NCBI GenBank assembly: GCA_037140095.1
Contig: JBAXFD010000001.1
Location: 1 to 46,790 of the forward strand
Direction of reading: 5' to 3'
DNA: 46,790 nt
Source of the DNA: Candidatus Saccharimonadota bacterium
Lineage (GTDB): Bacteria > Patescibacteriota > Saccharimonadia > Saccharimonadales > Saccharimonadaceae
The first letter of the stretch is position 1, and the number at the start of each line of letters is the position of its first letter. This document shows positions 1 to 6,924 of the stretch, one piece after another. The notes under the pieces were generated by a model. The model was not told the origin of the DNA. It searched no databases and saw only the letters and a list, made by a program, of their open reading frames with translations. A program made the position numbers and the translations under genes.

Positions 1-103
1 TCATTTTCTTTATGATGCCCCCTATAGTTTATTTATATAGTTTAAATATACTATGGCGTATATAAAAACACAAGCTCTTTGTTGTAAAATAATTCACACA
101 CTA

Positions 104-859
104 TCAATTTGGGCTACTAGCATAGATTGTGCCAGATATGTCTCGATTGGCTGTTTTTTCTGTGGCGGTTATTGTGATCTTGGCCGCAGTGGTTGGCGCA
201 GCCGTGTCCATCGAGAAATCTTTGATGTTTTCGACTAGTTTCATATCTGTTGTTTGACATAACGATCCAATTCGCCCGATTGCGCAACTGGGTTTTTGCC
301 AGATAGCGTTAGGGGGACAGCTGTTTGTGTAATTTGAGGGCATTATGACTCGTCGCCAAAGTGTATCCCCAGATACAAAATATACAGTATTCGTCATTAA
401 TGGCGGGTTCTGTGATATTTGCGGGCTGTTGCAATCAGTTATCGGGTTATTTGTATAAACTAATCCGCGGCTGTATGATAACGGGTTATCTGTGGTTGCG
501 AATGTGTTGATTATGATGGTTTTATTGGTGGTCGTCGCGCTAAAGGCAGTCGATCCGTTATCGGATCCTTGCGGTGTTGTTGGGTTTATACTGCTACCAA
601 GAAACTCCATACTTAATCTAGCATCATCTTCTATTCTATTCAGCGCGTCTTGGATGTTATATGCCAGCGTGTTAGCATTTCGAGTAGACATCACATCACC
701 AGTCATTTTGACAATTGCAAATATGAAACTACCAATTACCAATATGACAATTGGTGCTATGACCATCATTTCGACGACGGTGAAGCCATCAAAGTTTTTC
801 TTTGAAAAATTTAGGCGGGTAAAGCCCGTTGGTTTAGATTTTAATTTACTGTGTAGCAT
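104..859 (-). CDS. type IV pilin-like protein (prepilin N-terminal methylation motif; minor pilin/pseudopilin candidate)
   Basis: N-terminus ...NFDGFTVVEMMVIAPIVILVIGSFIF shows the G|FTxxE prepilin motif followed by a hydrophobic helix. Overlaps the upstream pilin gene by 14 nt. Confidence 0.7.
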   Translation of the reverse strand: MLHSKLKSKPTGFTRLNFSKKNFDGFTVVEMMVIAPIVILVIGSFIFAIVKMTGDVMSTRNANTLAYNIQDALNRIEDDARLSMEFLGSSINPTTPQGSDNGSTAFSATTTNKTIIINTFATTDNPLSYSRGLVYTNNPITDCNSPQISQNPPLMTNTVYFVSGDTLWRRVIMPSNYTNSCPPNAIWQKPSCAIGRIGSLCQTTDMKLVENIKDFSMDTAAPTTAAKITITATEKTANRDISGTIYASSPN

Positions 860-1256
860 AATATGTTGCCTCGGTTACGGACTGTTGAGGAATGTTATAT
901 TTTACTTTGACTGTAGTTTTGACGATTCTGAGACTAGTGTCAGGCTTCGCACATTGGTTGGTTACCTGTATCTCGACATCTGATAGTGATTCAATATTTA
1001 CTGGCTCGCCACTCGTTTTGGAATAGTATTTCGCTGAGACTATTTCATTAGCCTCGCAGTCCCAGGCTGCGTTTATGGTGTCTTTCTCGCGTTTTAGGTA
1101 ATCATAAGCCACATTACTAGCTTTGGCTCGGGCGCGTGCTTCGCCGCCATCGCGGATGATCATAGAATATAGTTGGTAGCCAGACATTAGGAATGCCACC
1201 GCTATGAATAGGGTGACTAGTAATTCAACGGTCGTAAATCCTCGGGTATTTTTCAT
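846..1256 (-). CDS. type IV pilin-like protein
   Basis: MKNTRGFTTVELLVTLFIAVAF... carries the prepilin motif. The ATG at 1256 overlaps the stop of the upstream gene as ATGA; the track ORF extends to 1280. Confidence 0.7.
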   Translation of the reverse strand: MKNTRGFTTVELLVTLFIAVAFLMSGYQLYSMIIRDGGEARARAKASNVAYDYLKREKDTINAAWDCEANEIVSAKYYSKTSGEPVNIESLSDVEIQVTNQCAKPDTSLRIVKTTVKVKYNIPQQSVTEATYYATQ

Positions 1257-1795
1257 TGGTTCTTGCTCGTTACGATACATATATTATCGGTGCATCCTGT
1301 TTGGGGTTTTTCGGTGTGATAGTAGAGTGTGAAATTGCGACATTTAGTATTGTTGACATCGTAAGAGGTGCATTGATAACCATATTGTGCAGTAGTTGGG
1401 GCGCTGGTTTTAAACAATTTGCTATCATTTGATCCAGGTGCCTGTAATGCCTCGGGGTTTAAATCTGGTAAATATTGACTGGCATTATAAGTTAACCTCT
1501 CCTGGGACGGGTAGTAACCAATATCTGTACTGTCATCTGTACCTGATGTATAAAAAGTCTCTAAATTCATAGCTATAGATTCGATATCGCCTTTACGTTC
1601 GGCATCGCGAGCGTTGATCTGGGCATCGGTCATATTAATAGTCCCTAGGATAATTAATATACCCATAACAGTTATAATTATGATCAATTCAACAATTGTA
1701 AACCCTCCTAAATTTCTCTTTGATAAATTTTGGAGGGCAAGCCCGCCAGAACATTTCTTTGACAAATTAAGATGATTAACAATACGATTCCTCAT
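1253..1795 (-). CDS. type IV pilin (PilA-like, candidate major pilin)
   Basis: ...NLGGFTIVELIIIITVMGILIILGTI... carries the prepilin motif. It is the first of three consecutive, overlapping pilin genes. Confidence 0.7.
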   Translation of the reverse strand: MRNRIVNHLNLSKKCSGGLALQNLSKRNLGGFTIVELIIIITVMGILIILGTINMTDAQINARDAERKGDIESIAMNLETFYTSGTDDSTDIGYYPSQERLTYNASQYLPDLNPEALQAPGSNDSKLFKTSAPTTAQYGYQCTSYDVNNTKCRNFTLYYHTEKPQTGCTDNICIVTSKNQ

Positions 1796-1840
1796 ACTAT
1801 TAGCATAAGGTTTTTGGGGTGAAATCGCAAGTGTAGGGGA

Positions 1841-2863
1841 CTAGACTATCTCTAATGGTTCTTGTTCGATTTGGATGTCGAATTCATCAAAGACTTTTTT
1901 GGCTATCTCATCGCGAGCATTGGCTAGGTCGTTGTATGATTGTGCGGATTCGTTAACTAGAACCAATGCATTTTTCTCATAAACTCGCATGCCATGTAGC
2001 AATTTACCTTTTAGCCCGGCATTTTCTATTAGCCAACCTGACGGTATCTTGTAATTACCATCTGGCGTTGCAAAGCTAGGTACGTCTGGGTCGATGGCTC
2101 GGGTCCTGTCTAGTTGTTCTTGGTCAATAATCGCATTTTTGAAAAAAGATCCACAGTTGGCCATAATTGATGGATCGGGTAATTTGAATTGGCGAATTGC
2201 CATCACGGCTGTGCGGATAGTTTGCGGGGTGTACGTTGTAATTCCGTTTTCATCTAGATATTTTTGCAATGAATCATAGAATGGGGCAGTTGGTGCGGAT
2301 TTGGATAATTTTAACGTGATGGATGTTATGATATAGCGTCCGGTTGATTCGCCGCGGAATATGCTGTGGCGATAGGCGAATTTGCAATCGGCATTTTGTA
2401 ATGTGACGAATTGGTCGGTTTGGGTATCATAGGCTTCTAATGATTGCAACGTATCGGCGATTTCTTGGCCGTATGCGCCGATGTTCTGGACTGGTGATGC
2501 GCCCATGGTCCCGGGGATGGCGGACATAGCTTCGATGCCGGTTAGATTCATATCAACTGTACGTTTGACGATATTATCCCAATTCTCGCCGGCGCCGATT
2601 TTAATTGTGATAGAATTGCTGTCTTCGGAGATTGTTTCGAATCCGGATATTTTGGGTTTGATAACTATGCCATTAAAACCTTCATCATGAGCAATCAAAT
2701 TACTGCCGCTGCCGATGATAAATATGGGTAGGTTTTGGAATTTGGCGTTTTTACAAATAGTTGCGATTTCTGTGGGCGTTGATGCGACCGCCATGAAACG
2801 GGCATTGCCGCCAATGCGCATAGTCGTGTGATTTTTTAGTGAAACGCCTGTGGTAATTTCCAT
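1841..2863 (-). CDS. murB: UDP-N-acetylenolpyruvoylglucosamine reductase
   Basis: 340 aa. N-terminal MurB/FAD-binding pattern (HTTMRIGGNA...IIGSGSNLI) and the C-terminal CGSFFKN motif. Confidence 0.9.
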   Translation of the reverse strand: MEITTGVSLKNHTTMRIGGNARFMAVASTPTEIATICKNAKFQNLPIFIIGSGSNLIAHDEGFNGIVIKPKISGFETISEDSNSITIKIGAGENWDNIVKRTVDMNLTGIEAMSAIPGTMGASPVQNIGAYGQEIADTLQSLEAYDTQTDQFVTLQNADCKFAYRHSIFRGESTGRYIITSITLKLSKSAPTAPFYDSLQKYLDENGITTYTPQTIRTAVMAIRQFKLPDPSIMANCGSFFKNAIIDQEQLDRTRAIDPDVPSFATPDGNYKIPSGWLIENAGLKGKLLHGMRVYEKNALVLVNESAQSYNDLANARDEIAKKVFDEFDIQIEQEPLEIV

Positions 2864-2871
2864 GCATAACC

Positions 2872-2880
2872 ATTATAACA
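2872..2880 (-). promoter_or_regulatory. extended -10 box TGTTATAAT, 8 nt upstream of the murB ATG (leaderless-type promoter)
   Basis: Reverse complement of attataaca. No Shine-Dalgarno sequence lies between the box and the ATG at 2863. Confidence 0.45.
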
Positions 2881-2892
2881 TTTAAGTCGCGA

Positions 2893-2935
2893 GTAGATTT
2901 TGGATTTTAGATTGTAGATTTTAGTATAAATCTCA
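2893..2935. repeat. phased A/T-tract module (GATTTTG/GATTTTA short repeats plus TAAATCTCA), copy 1
   Basis: tagattttggattttagattgtagattttagtataaatctcag. A related copy lies at 42214-42258. Both sit just upstream of a TGTTATAAT promoter for a minus-strand gene. Confidence 0.5.
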
Positions 2936-2943
2936 GAATCTCC

Positions 2944-3060
2944 TTGCAATTTTGAGATTCGGAAAAGAGCAGCCCAAGCAGCGGATTTACTCCGTGCGTG
3001 GCGCGATGAGAAAAACCTTTAGGTTTGTCTCATGGGTTTTCAGGGTTGACCTTGCAAATG
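2944..3060. repeat. MITE/REP-like intergenic repeat, copy 1 (left end missing)
   Basis: Shares GGAAAAGAGCAGCC ... CGTGGCGCGATGAGAAAAA ... with 16625-16772 and 32525-32672. Its right end CAGGGTTGACCTTGCAAAT is the reverse complement of the left ends of the other copies. Confidence 0.75.
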
Positions 3061-3072
3061 GGCCTTTTATTG

Positions 3073-3078
3073 TATAAT
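3073..3078 (+). promoter_or_regulatory. candidate -10 box TATAAT upstream of tRNA-Arg
   Basis: TTGCAA (3052-3057, inside the repeat end), a 15-nt spacer, then TATAAT. The tRNA starts about 60 nt downstream. Confidence 0.35.
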
Positions 3079-3139
3079 ATGCTTTTTTATTGGTTGTAAT
3101 AACAGTGGTAAAGATATATAATCAGTAAGTTAATTAAAT

Positions 3140-3216
3140 GCACCCGTAGCTCAGTGGATTAGAGCATCTGTCTTCGGAACAGAGGGTCGGCAGTTCGAAT
3201 CTGTCCGGGTGTACCA
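3140..3216 (+). tRNA. tRNA-Arg (anticodon TCG), CCA encoded
   Basis: Cloverleaf read by eye: acceptor GCACCCG/CGGGTGT (G1-U72), D arm GCTC..GAGC, anticodon arm TCTGT-CTTCGGA-ACAGA (TCG at 3174-3176), T arm GGCAG-TTCGAAT-CTGTC, then ACCA. Confidence 0.85.
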
Positions 3217-3254
3217 ATATAATAATCCTGCCATCGGTAGGATTATTATATTGG
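3214..3254. terminator. perfect 16-bp palindromic hairpin (bidirectional terminator candidate)
   Basis: CCAATATAATAATCCT - 9-nt loop - AGGATTATTATATTGG. The left arm begins with the tRNA-Arg CCA end. Confidence 0.6.
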
Positions 3255-3285
3255 TAACTCCGCGGAAGATTTGAACTGCCGACCT
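3252..3285 (-). pseudogene. tRNA 3'-half remnant (T arm + acceptor + CCA), inverted relative to tRNA-Arg
   Basis: The reverse complement AGGTCGGCAGTTCAAATCTTCCGCGGAGTTACCA resembles the tRNA-Arg 3' half GGGTCGGCAGTTCGAATCTGTCCGGGTGTACCA. No matching 5' half could be folded. Confidence 0.5.
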
Positions 3286-3338
3286 GGCAGCTTTAGCTGC
3301 CAATTGGTCGCAGTTCGGCGTAATGCAGTGAAATAAAA

Positions 3339-3950
3339 ATGTGTTTACATATTTTTATGAGCAAATGGAGGAGCCCGTCGCATACATGCGATGGGCGATA
3401 TTTGTCCGGTTTTATCTTTTTGCTTATGCTTGCGTATCTGTTATTAATAAGTCATGATTATGACATGGAACAGCCGGAAAGACAAAATGGTCATGAAAAG
3501 CCAAAGCTAAATGCAATGGAAGTTTTAAAGCAGGGCGGATGGTTCCCGGTTGTCTCATTTAACCAGGAAACAGGTATTTGCTTTTTCCAGAACAAAAGTG
3601 TTGAAGACCCCTTATTGAGTTCACGAGAGACAGAGGACGCAGACGTTTTGGATGGTTATAACGAGGGTGGGGCTGATATTCTAGACGGCATTACTATTGA
3701 CGCTGGTGGTCTGTTATTAGTTGATGATGAGACAATCGAAAAGTTAGAAGTTGAAATTTTTCCCCAAGATGCTGATGGAGAATATGGCAGTAGAAACAGA
3801 AGGGTCACTACAGGATGGGGCATCGCCATATCTTATGCCTCCAATGACCATAACCATGCCCACCCGTTAGGCATTATACAGGTCAGCGTTATAAGGATTG
3901 GTTCGAGATCCTGGATACACAGTGAAAGAGAAGAGCCTAAATCCCTATAA
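3339..3950 (+). CDS. hypothetical acidic protein (start uncertain; ATG at 3465 more plausible)
   Basis: Only long ORF here and no recognisable motif. The N-terminal 42 codons of the track ORF look non-genic. Confidence 0.35.
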   Translation: MCLHIFMSKWRSPSHTCDGRYLSGFIFLLMLAYLLLISHDYDMEQPERQNGHEKPKLNAMEVLKQGGWFPVVSFNQETGICFFQNKSVEDPLLSSRETEDADVLDGYNEGGADILDGITIDAGGLLLVDDETIEKLEVEIFPQDADGEYGSRNRRVTTGWGIAISYASNDHNHAHPLGIIQVSVIRIGSRSWIHSEREEPKSL

Positions 3951-3991
3951 TATTTTGGAATTTGGAATCATAAATCTTAATCATCAAAATC

Positions 3992-4000
3992 TGTTAAAAT
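3992..4000 (+). promoter_or_regulatory. extended -10 box TGTTAAAAT, 7 nt upstream of the uppP ATG (leaderless-type)
   Basis: ctgttaaaat-agtgtta-ATG(4008). The GTG at 4002 used by the track lies 1 nt after the box. Confidence 0.45.
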
Positions 4001-4007
4001 AGTGTTA

Positions 4008-4802
4008 ATGTCTATTTTTGATGCAATAGTTTTAGGCTTGGTCCAGGGGGTGACAGAGTTCATCCCAATCAGCAGTTCTGGCCACCTGGTTATTACTAGC
4101 CACCTGTTGGGTGTCGGTAGTGCGTTTACTTTTGATGTTCTATTAAATCTAGGCACGTTGTTGGCGCTGGTTATTTTCTATCGCAAACGGATTTGGTCAA
4201 TTATTGTTAGGATTTTTAGGGGTTCGGAATGGAAATTATTAGCCAAAGTTATATTGGCGACAATCCCGGCTATCGCAATTGGTATGCTATTAAAATCTCA
4301 GGTCGAATGGCTGAATGGCATGATTTGGGTAGTTATCGCGATGTTGGTTATTATCGGCATCCCGATGATATTAGTTGGTCGTGAGAAAAAAACTGCGGAT
4401 AATCGCGAGATTGAAAAATCAGTCGGCTGGCGGGCGACTGCTGCGATTGGTATTGCACAGGCGCTGGCTTTCATTCCAGGAACTTCACGCTCCGGTATTA
4501 CAATATTGGCTGGTTTACGATCCAATCTGTCCGCTGCACGGGCTGCCGAATTCAGCTTCCTGCTGGCAATCCCAATAATCGCTGGTGCCAGTTTCAAAAC
4601 CTTGCTGGACGGAGGATTCGAATTTATTAGCAACAATATGGCGGTTGTATTGGTCGGCAATATCGCATCGTTTGTGGCCGGTATATTGGCGGTTAGTTTC
4701 TTTATCAAATTTATTTCAACTAATGGCCTGAAAGCTTTCGGTTGGTATCGCATTGGACTAGCGAGTGTTTTGGCAGTTTTGGTTCTACTACAAGTTATTT
4801 AA
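4008..4802 (+). CDS. uppP: undecaprenyl-diphosphate phosphatase
   Basis: Motifs VTEFIPISSSGHL and IPGTSRSGITI; multi-pass membrane protein. The track start is 4002 (GTG). Confidence 0.9.
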   Translation: MSIFDAIVLGLVQGVTEFIPISSSGHLVITSHLLGVGSAFTFDVLLNLGTLLALVIFYRKRIWSIIVRIFRGSEWKLLAKVILATIPAIAIGMLLKSQVEWLNGMIWVVIAMLVIIGIPMILVGREKKTADNREIEKSVGWRATAAIGIAQALAFIPGTSRSGITILAGLRSNLSAARAAEFSFLLAIPIIAGASFKTLLDGGFEFISNNMAVVLVGNIASFVAGILAVSFFIKFISTNGLKAFGWYRIGLASVLAVLVLLQVI

Positions 4803-4862
4803 AATTAGATTAAAAGTTGTATAGCAATCTGTAAAATAGCCTGCAGCAATAAATAATTAGAT

Positions 4863-5411
4863 CTATTGGGCAGGTTCAGGATTTTCCCAGATATATTGCA
4901 AATAAGGTTTTTCGGTTGGTGATGATGGTGCTATTACTACGTAGCCGTTTTTGTCTTGTCCAATTAGGTATCGGTGGCTTTCTGCGATTTCTGCTAGGTA
5001 TTTTTCGATAGTGTCCAGGTTTTTAACTTGTTTCATACCGGCTAATTCAGCTGTTTTGCAAGCATTCACATATTCTATGCCTATGCTGGCCCATTTTGCC
5101 TTGCCAAATTCACGACAGGCTTGCAATATTTCGATCATACGTTCAAAACGGCTTTCTGGGTGTTCTTCATCGCGAGTCGAACCTGCGACGACTATGCGTC
5201 CGCTGGCAACTATTGCGGCTGCTCCGATACGCCCAAAGCCGGTTTGTAGCATTATGAACGAACTGGCTTCGCCAATCTTTTTGTGTAGTTTTTCGTCGCC
5301 ATTATAATTATTACCGTAGGCGTTTTTAATAACCTCGACCAAATATGGGGGCTCTTCGTAAAATATTACGGGCCGCAAAGCGTGATACCGGTTGGTTATA
5401 TCTGTATCCAT
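4863..5411 (-). CDS. hypothetical protein
   Basis: 182-aa ORF with a weak SD (AAGGGA) upstream. No motif recognised. Confidence 0.5.
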   Translation of the reverse strand: MDTDITNRYHALRPVIFYEEPPYLVEVIKNAYGNNYNGDEKLHKKIGEASSFIMLQTGFGRIGAAAIVASGRIVVAGSTRDEEHPESRFERMIEILQACREFGKAKWASIGIEYVNACKTAELAGMKQVKNLDTIEKYLAEIAESHRYLIGQDKNGYVVIAPSSPTEKPYLQYIWENPEPAQ

Positions 5412-5575
5412 TTTTTATCCCTTTTTGTTTTTGGCAAAGCAGGCACCTAGCTGCTTTTTTATAAACTCTTCGTATATTTATAATAACAAACATAGCCAGT
5501 TTTTAATGCCGTGTTTTTTACATGGTCCTGCGATGGTAAATCGTGGGGTCAAGTTACAGCTGGGCGATTCCAAAT

Positions 5576-5607
5576 AAAATAACCTATCCTTTCGGATGGG
5601 TTATTTT
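5576..5607. terminator. rho-independent terminator hairpin (14-bp stem, TTTC loop, flanking T/A runs)
   Basis: AAAATAACCTATCC-tttc-GGATGGGTTATTTT, located just downstream of the minus-strand gene ending at 5639. Confidence 0.65.
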
Positions 5608-5638
5608 ATTTGGAGGTCCGTAGTATTGTCTATTGGAA

Positions 5639-6169
5639 CTAGTTTTCAGTTAGCACAAGGTCAGAGTCCTGTGCTAGATAATAGATAAAATGCTCAGATA
5701 TGTACTCAGCAGTTGCTACAATTTCATCAGGAGATTGTCCCATAATAACTTGTAATGCATAAATTCTGGCTTTTCTAAGACTAGTAAGACATTGTTTGCT
5801 GGAGACTAAGTGAATCGACTTGTCATTAGGCATTTTTTTAATAGGCAGCTTGCCGTCCCAGTACCCTGAAGTGAAGATGAAACCATTAATAGAATAATTA
5901 TGAGATAGGGAGTTTCTTAAATCTAGAAGCACCTTAGATAGGGACTTAGGATAACCAAAAAACAACTCTGCACTCTCCCTAAACCATGCCCCGTTTTTAC
6001 CTGTGGGCACTTTACTCGTCTTATGATATACCCTTGCGATGACATCAATTGCGGAACAGTAAATTAAAAGAGGAGCCACAGTGGGCAGGTCTTTTAGGGG
6101 TGTCTTTTCTTCCAACTGCTCAAAACCTGTCTTTTTCAGTCTACCAGGAAGCCCTGTTGAAAATTGCAA
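5639..6169 (-). CDS. HEPN-motif protein (Abi-like RNase candidate); start codon unclear
   Basis: ...LDLRNSLSHNY... fits the HEPN R-x4-H motif. The frame stays open 51 codons upstream of the TTG start without ATG, GTG or TTG. Confidence 0.4.
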   Translation of the reverse strand: MQFSTGLPGRLKKTGFEQLEEKTPLKDLPTVAPLLIYCSAIDVIARVYHKTSKVPTGKNGAWFRESAELFFGYPKSLSKVLLDLRNSLSHNYSINGFIFTSGYWDGKLPIKKMPNDKSIHLVSSKQCLTSLRKARIYALQVIMGQSPDEIVATAEYISEHFIYYLAQDSDLVLTEN

Positions 6170-6281
6170 ATCTCGCTCAAGCTCAATAAGAACGCTCCGC
6201 CTTAATCTAGTATTTGCATCGTAGAGCTCATAACTTTGCTCAAGGAAAAACTCTCTGATAATGTCTTTTGGTTTCTTAAAA

Positions 6282-6443
6282 CTATTTATTTTGTGCCTTT
6301 CTGCCGCTGTAAATATCGTATGTTAACTCCGCTAATTTCTTAGCGTCCCTTTCTATTGCCAGTTTCTTTTTGCTGAGCTTTAGTGCATCTATTGCGAGTA
6401 AGCTCAATGTTTCAATTGTTGACTGGACTTCTTCATCGGACAT
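6282..6443 (-). CDS. 53-aa ORF, possibly the frameshifted N-terminal part of the downstream HEPN-motif gene
   Basis: MSDEEVQSTIETLSLLAIDALKLSKKKLAIERDAKKLAELTYDIYSGRKAQNK. It ends inside the open upstream extension of the 5639..6169 frame. Confidence 0.25.
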   Translation of the reverse strand: MSDEEVQSTIETLSLLAIDALKLSKKKLAIERDAKKLAELTYDIYSGRKAQNK

Positions 6444-6505
6444 ACTTTCAGCAGTTTTACCAAGTATCTCTCTTGCTTCATCGACGGATACTATATCGTT
6501 TGTAT

Positions 6506-6907
6506 CTATTTCAGAACCTTTCTTGGCTCAGGGCCGTTTGCTGGGCTGATGATGCCGTTATTCTCAAGCTCATCGATCATTCGAGCCGCACGAGCATATC
6601 CAACTCTGAACTTATGTTGGATCAAAGAAGCTGATGCTTTTTTTGACTCTATTACAAAATTAACCACCGAATCATACAGATCGTCATCATTATCACTGCA
6701 TAGATACACACCACTTAAATCATGGCCACAATTAGGACAAGTCTTCGTGCAATTGTGCCTATTCTGCTGATCGATTTGGTCTCTCATCGCTCGAATTGTC
6801 AGCTGTATTATGTATTCTTCTTTATCATACGGGTCATTCAAATCAAGCTCACGACCTAGTGGATCTGGATTATCTACGATGTGCTTTAGTGTGACTTTTG
6901 TGTTCAT
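6506..6907 (-). CDS. FtsK-gamma (KOPS-type winged-helix) domain protein with CxxC motif
   Basis: The C-terminus LYDSVVNFVIESKKASASLIQHKFRVGYARAARMIDELENNGIISPANGPEPRKVL is a typical FtsK gamma domain. CPNCGH lies upstream. GGAGG SD sits 6 nt before the ATG at 6907; the track start is 6946. Confidence 0.7.
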   Translation of the reverse strand: MNTKVTLKHIVDNPDPLGRELDLNDPYDKEEYIIQLTIRAMRDQIDQQNRHNCTKTCPNCGHDLSGVYLCSDNDDDLYDSVVNFVIESKKASASLIQHKFRVGYARAARMIDELENNGIISPANGPEPRKVLK

Positions 6908-6924
6908 ATTTAACCTCCGGTTAA

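Noticed and set aside
492-983. 163-aa plus-strand track ORF, together with similar ORFs at 53..238, 2094..2279 and 2481..2690.
   Set aside because: They lie entirely antisense to well-supported pilin/murB genes. They have no motifs and no SD, so they are shadow ORFs.
2893-2935. Short GATTTTG/GATTTTA tandem units considered as a possible CRISPR or minisatellite.
   Set aside because: The units are 7 nt with no spacers and only 3-4 copies. They are better explained as phased A-tracts in promoter-upstream DNA. No CRISPR-like array exists anywhere in the window.
3339-3464. N-terminal 42 codons of track ORF 3339..3950 (MCLHIFMSKWRSPSHTCDG...).
   Set aside because: The composition looks non-coding. 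It starts right after the tRNA remnant region, and an internal ATG at 3465 is more plausible. Even the shortened ORF is of low confidence.
4298-4753. 151-aa minus-strand ORF and the 4375..4578 plus-strand ORF inside uppP.
   Set aside because: They are antisense or out of frame relative to the strongly supported uppP gene.
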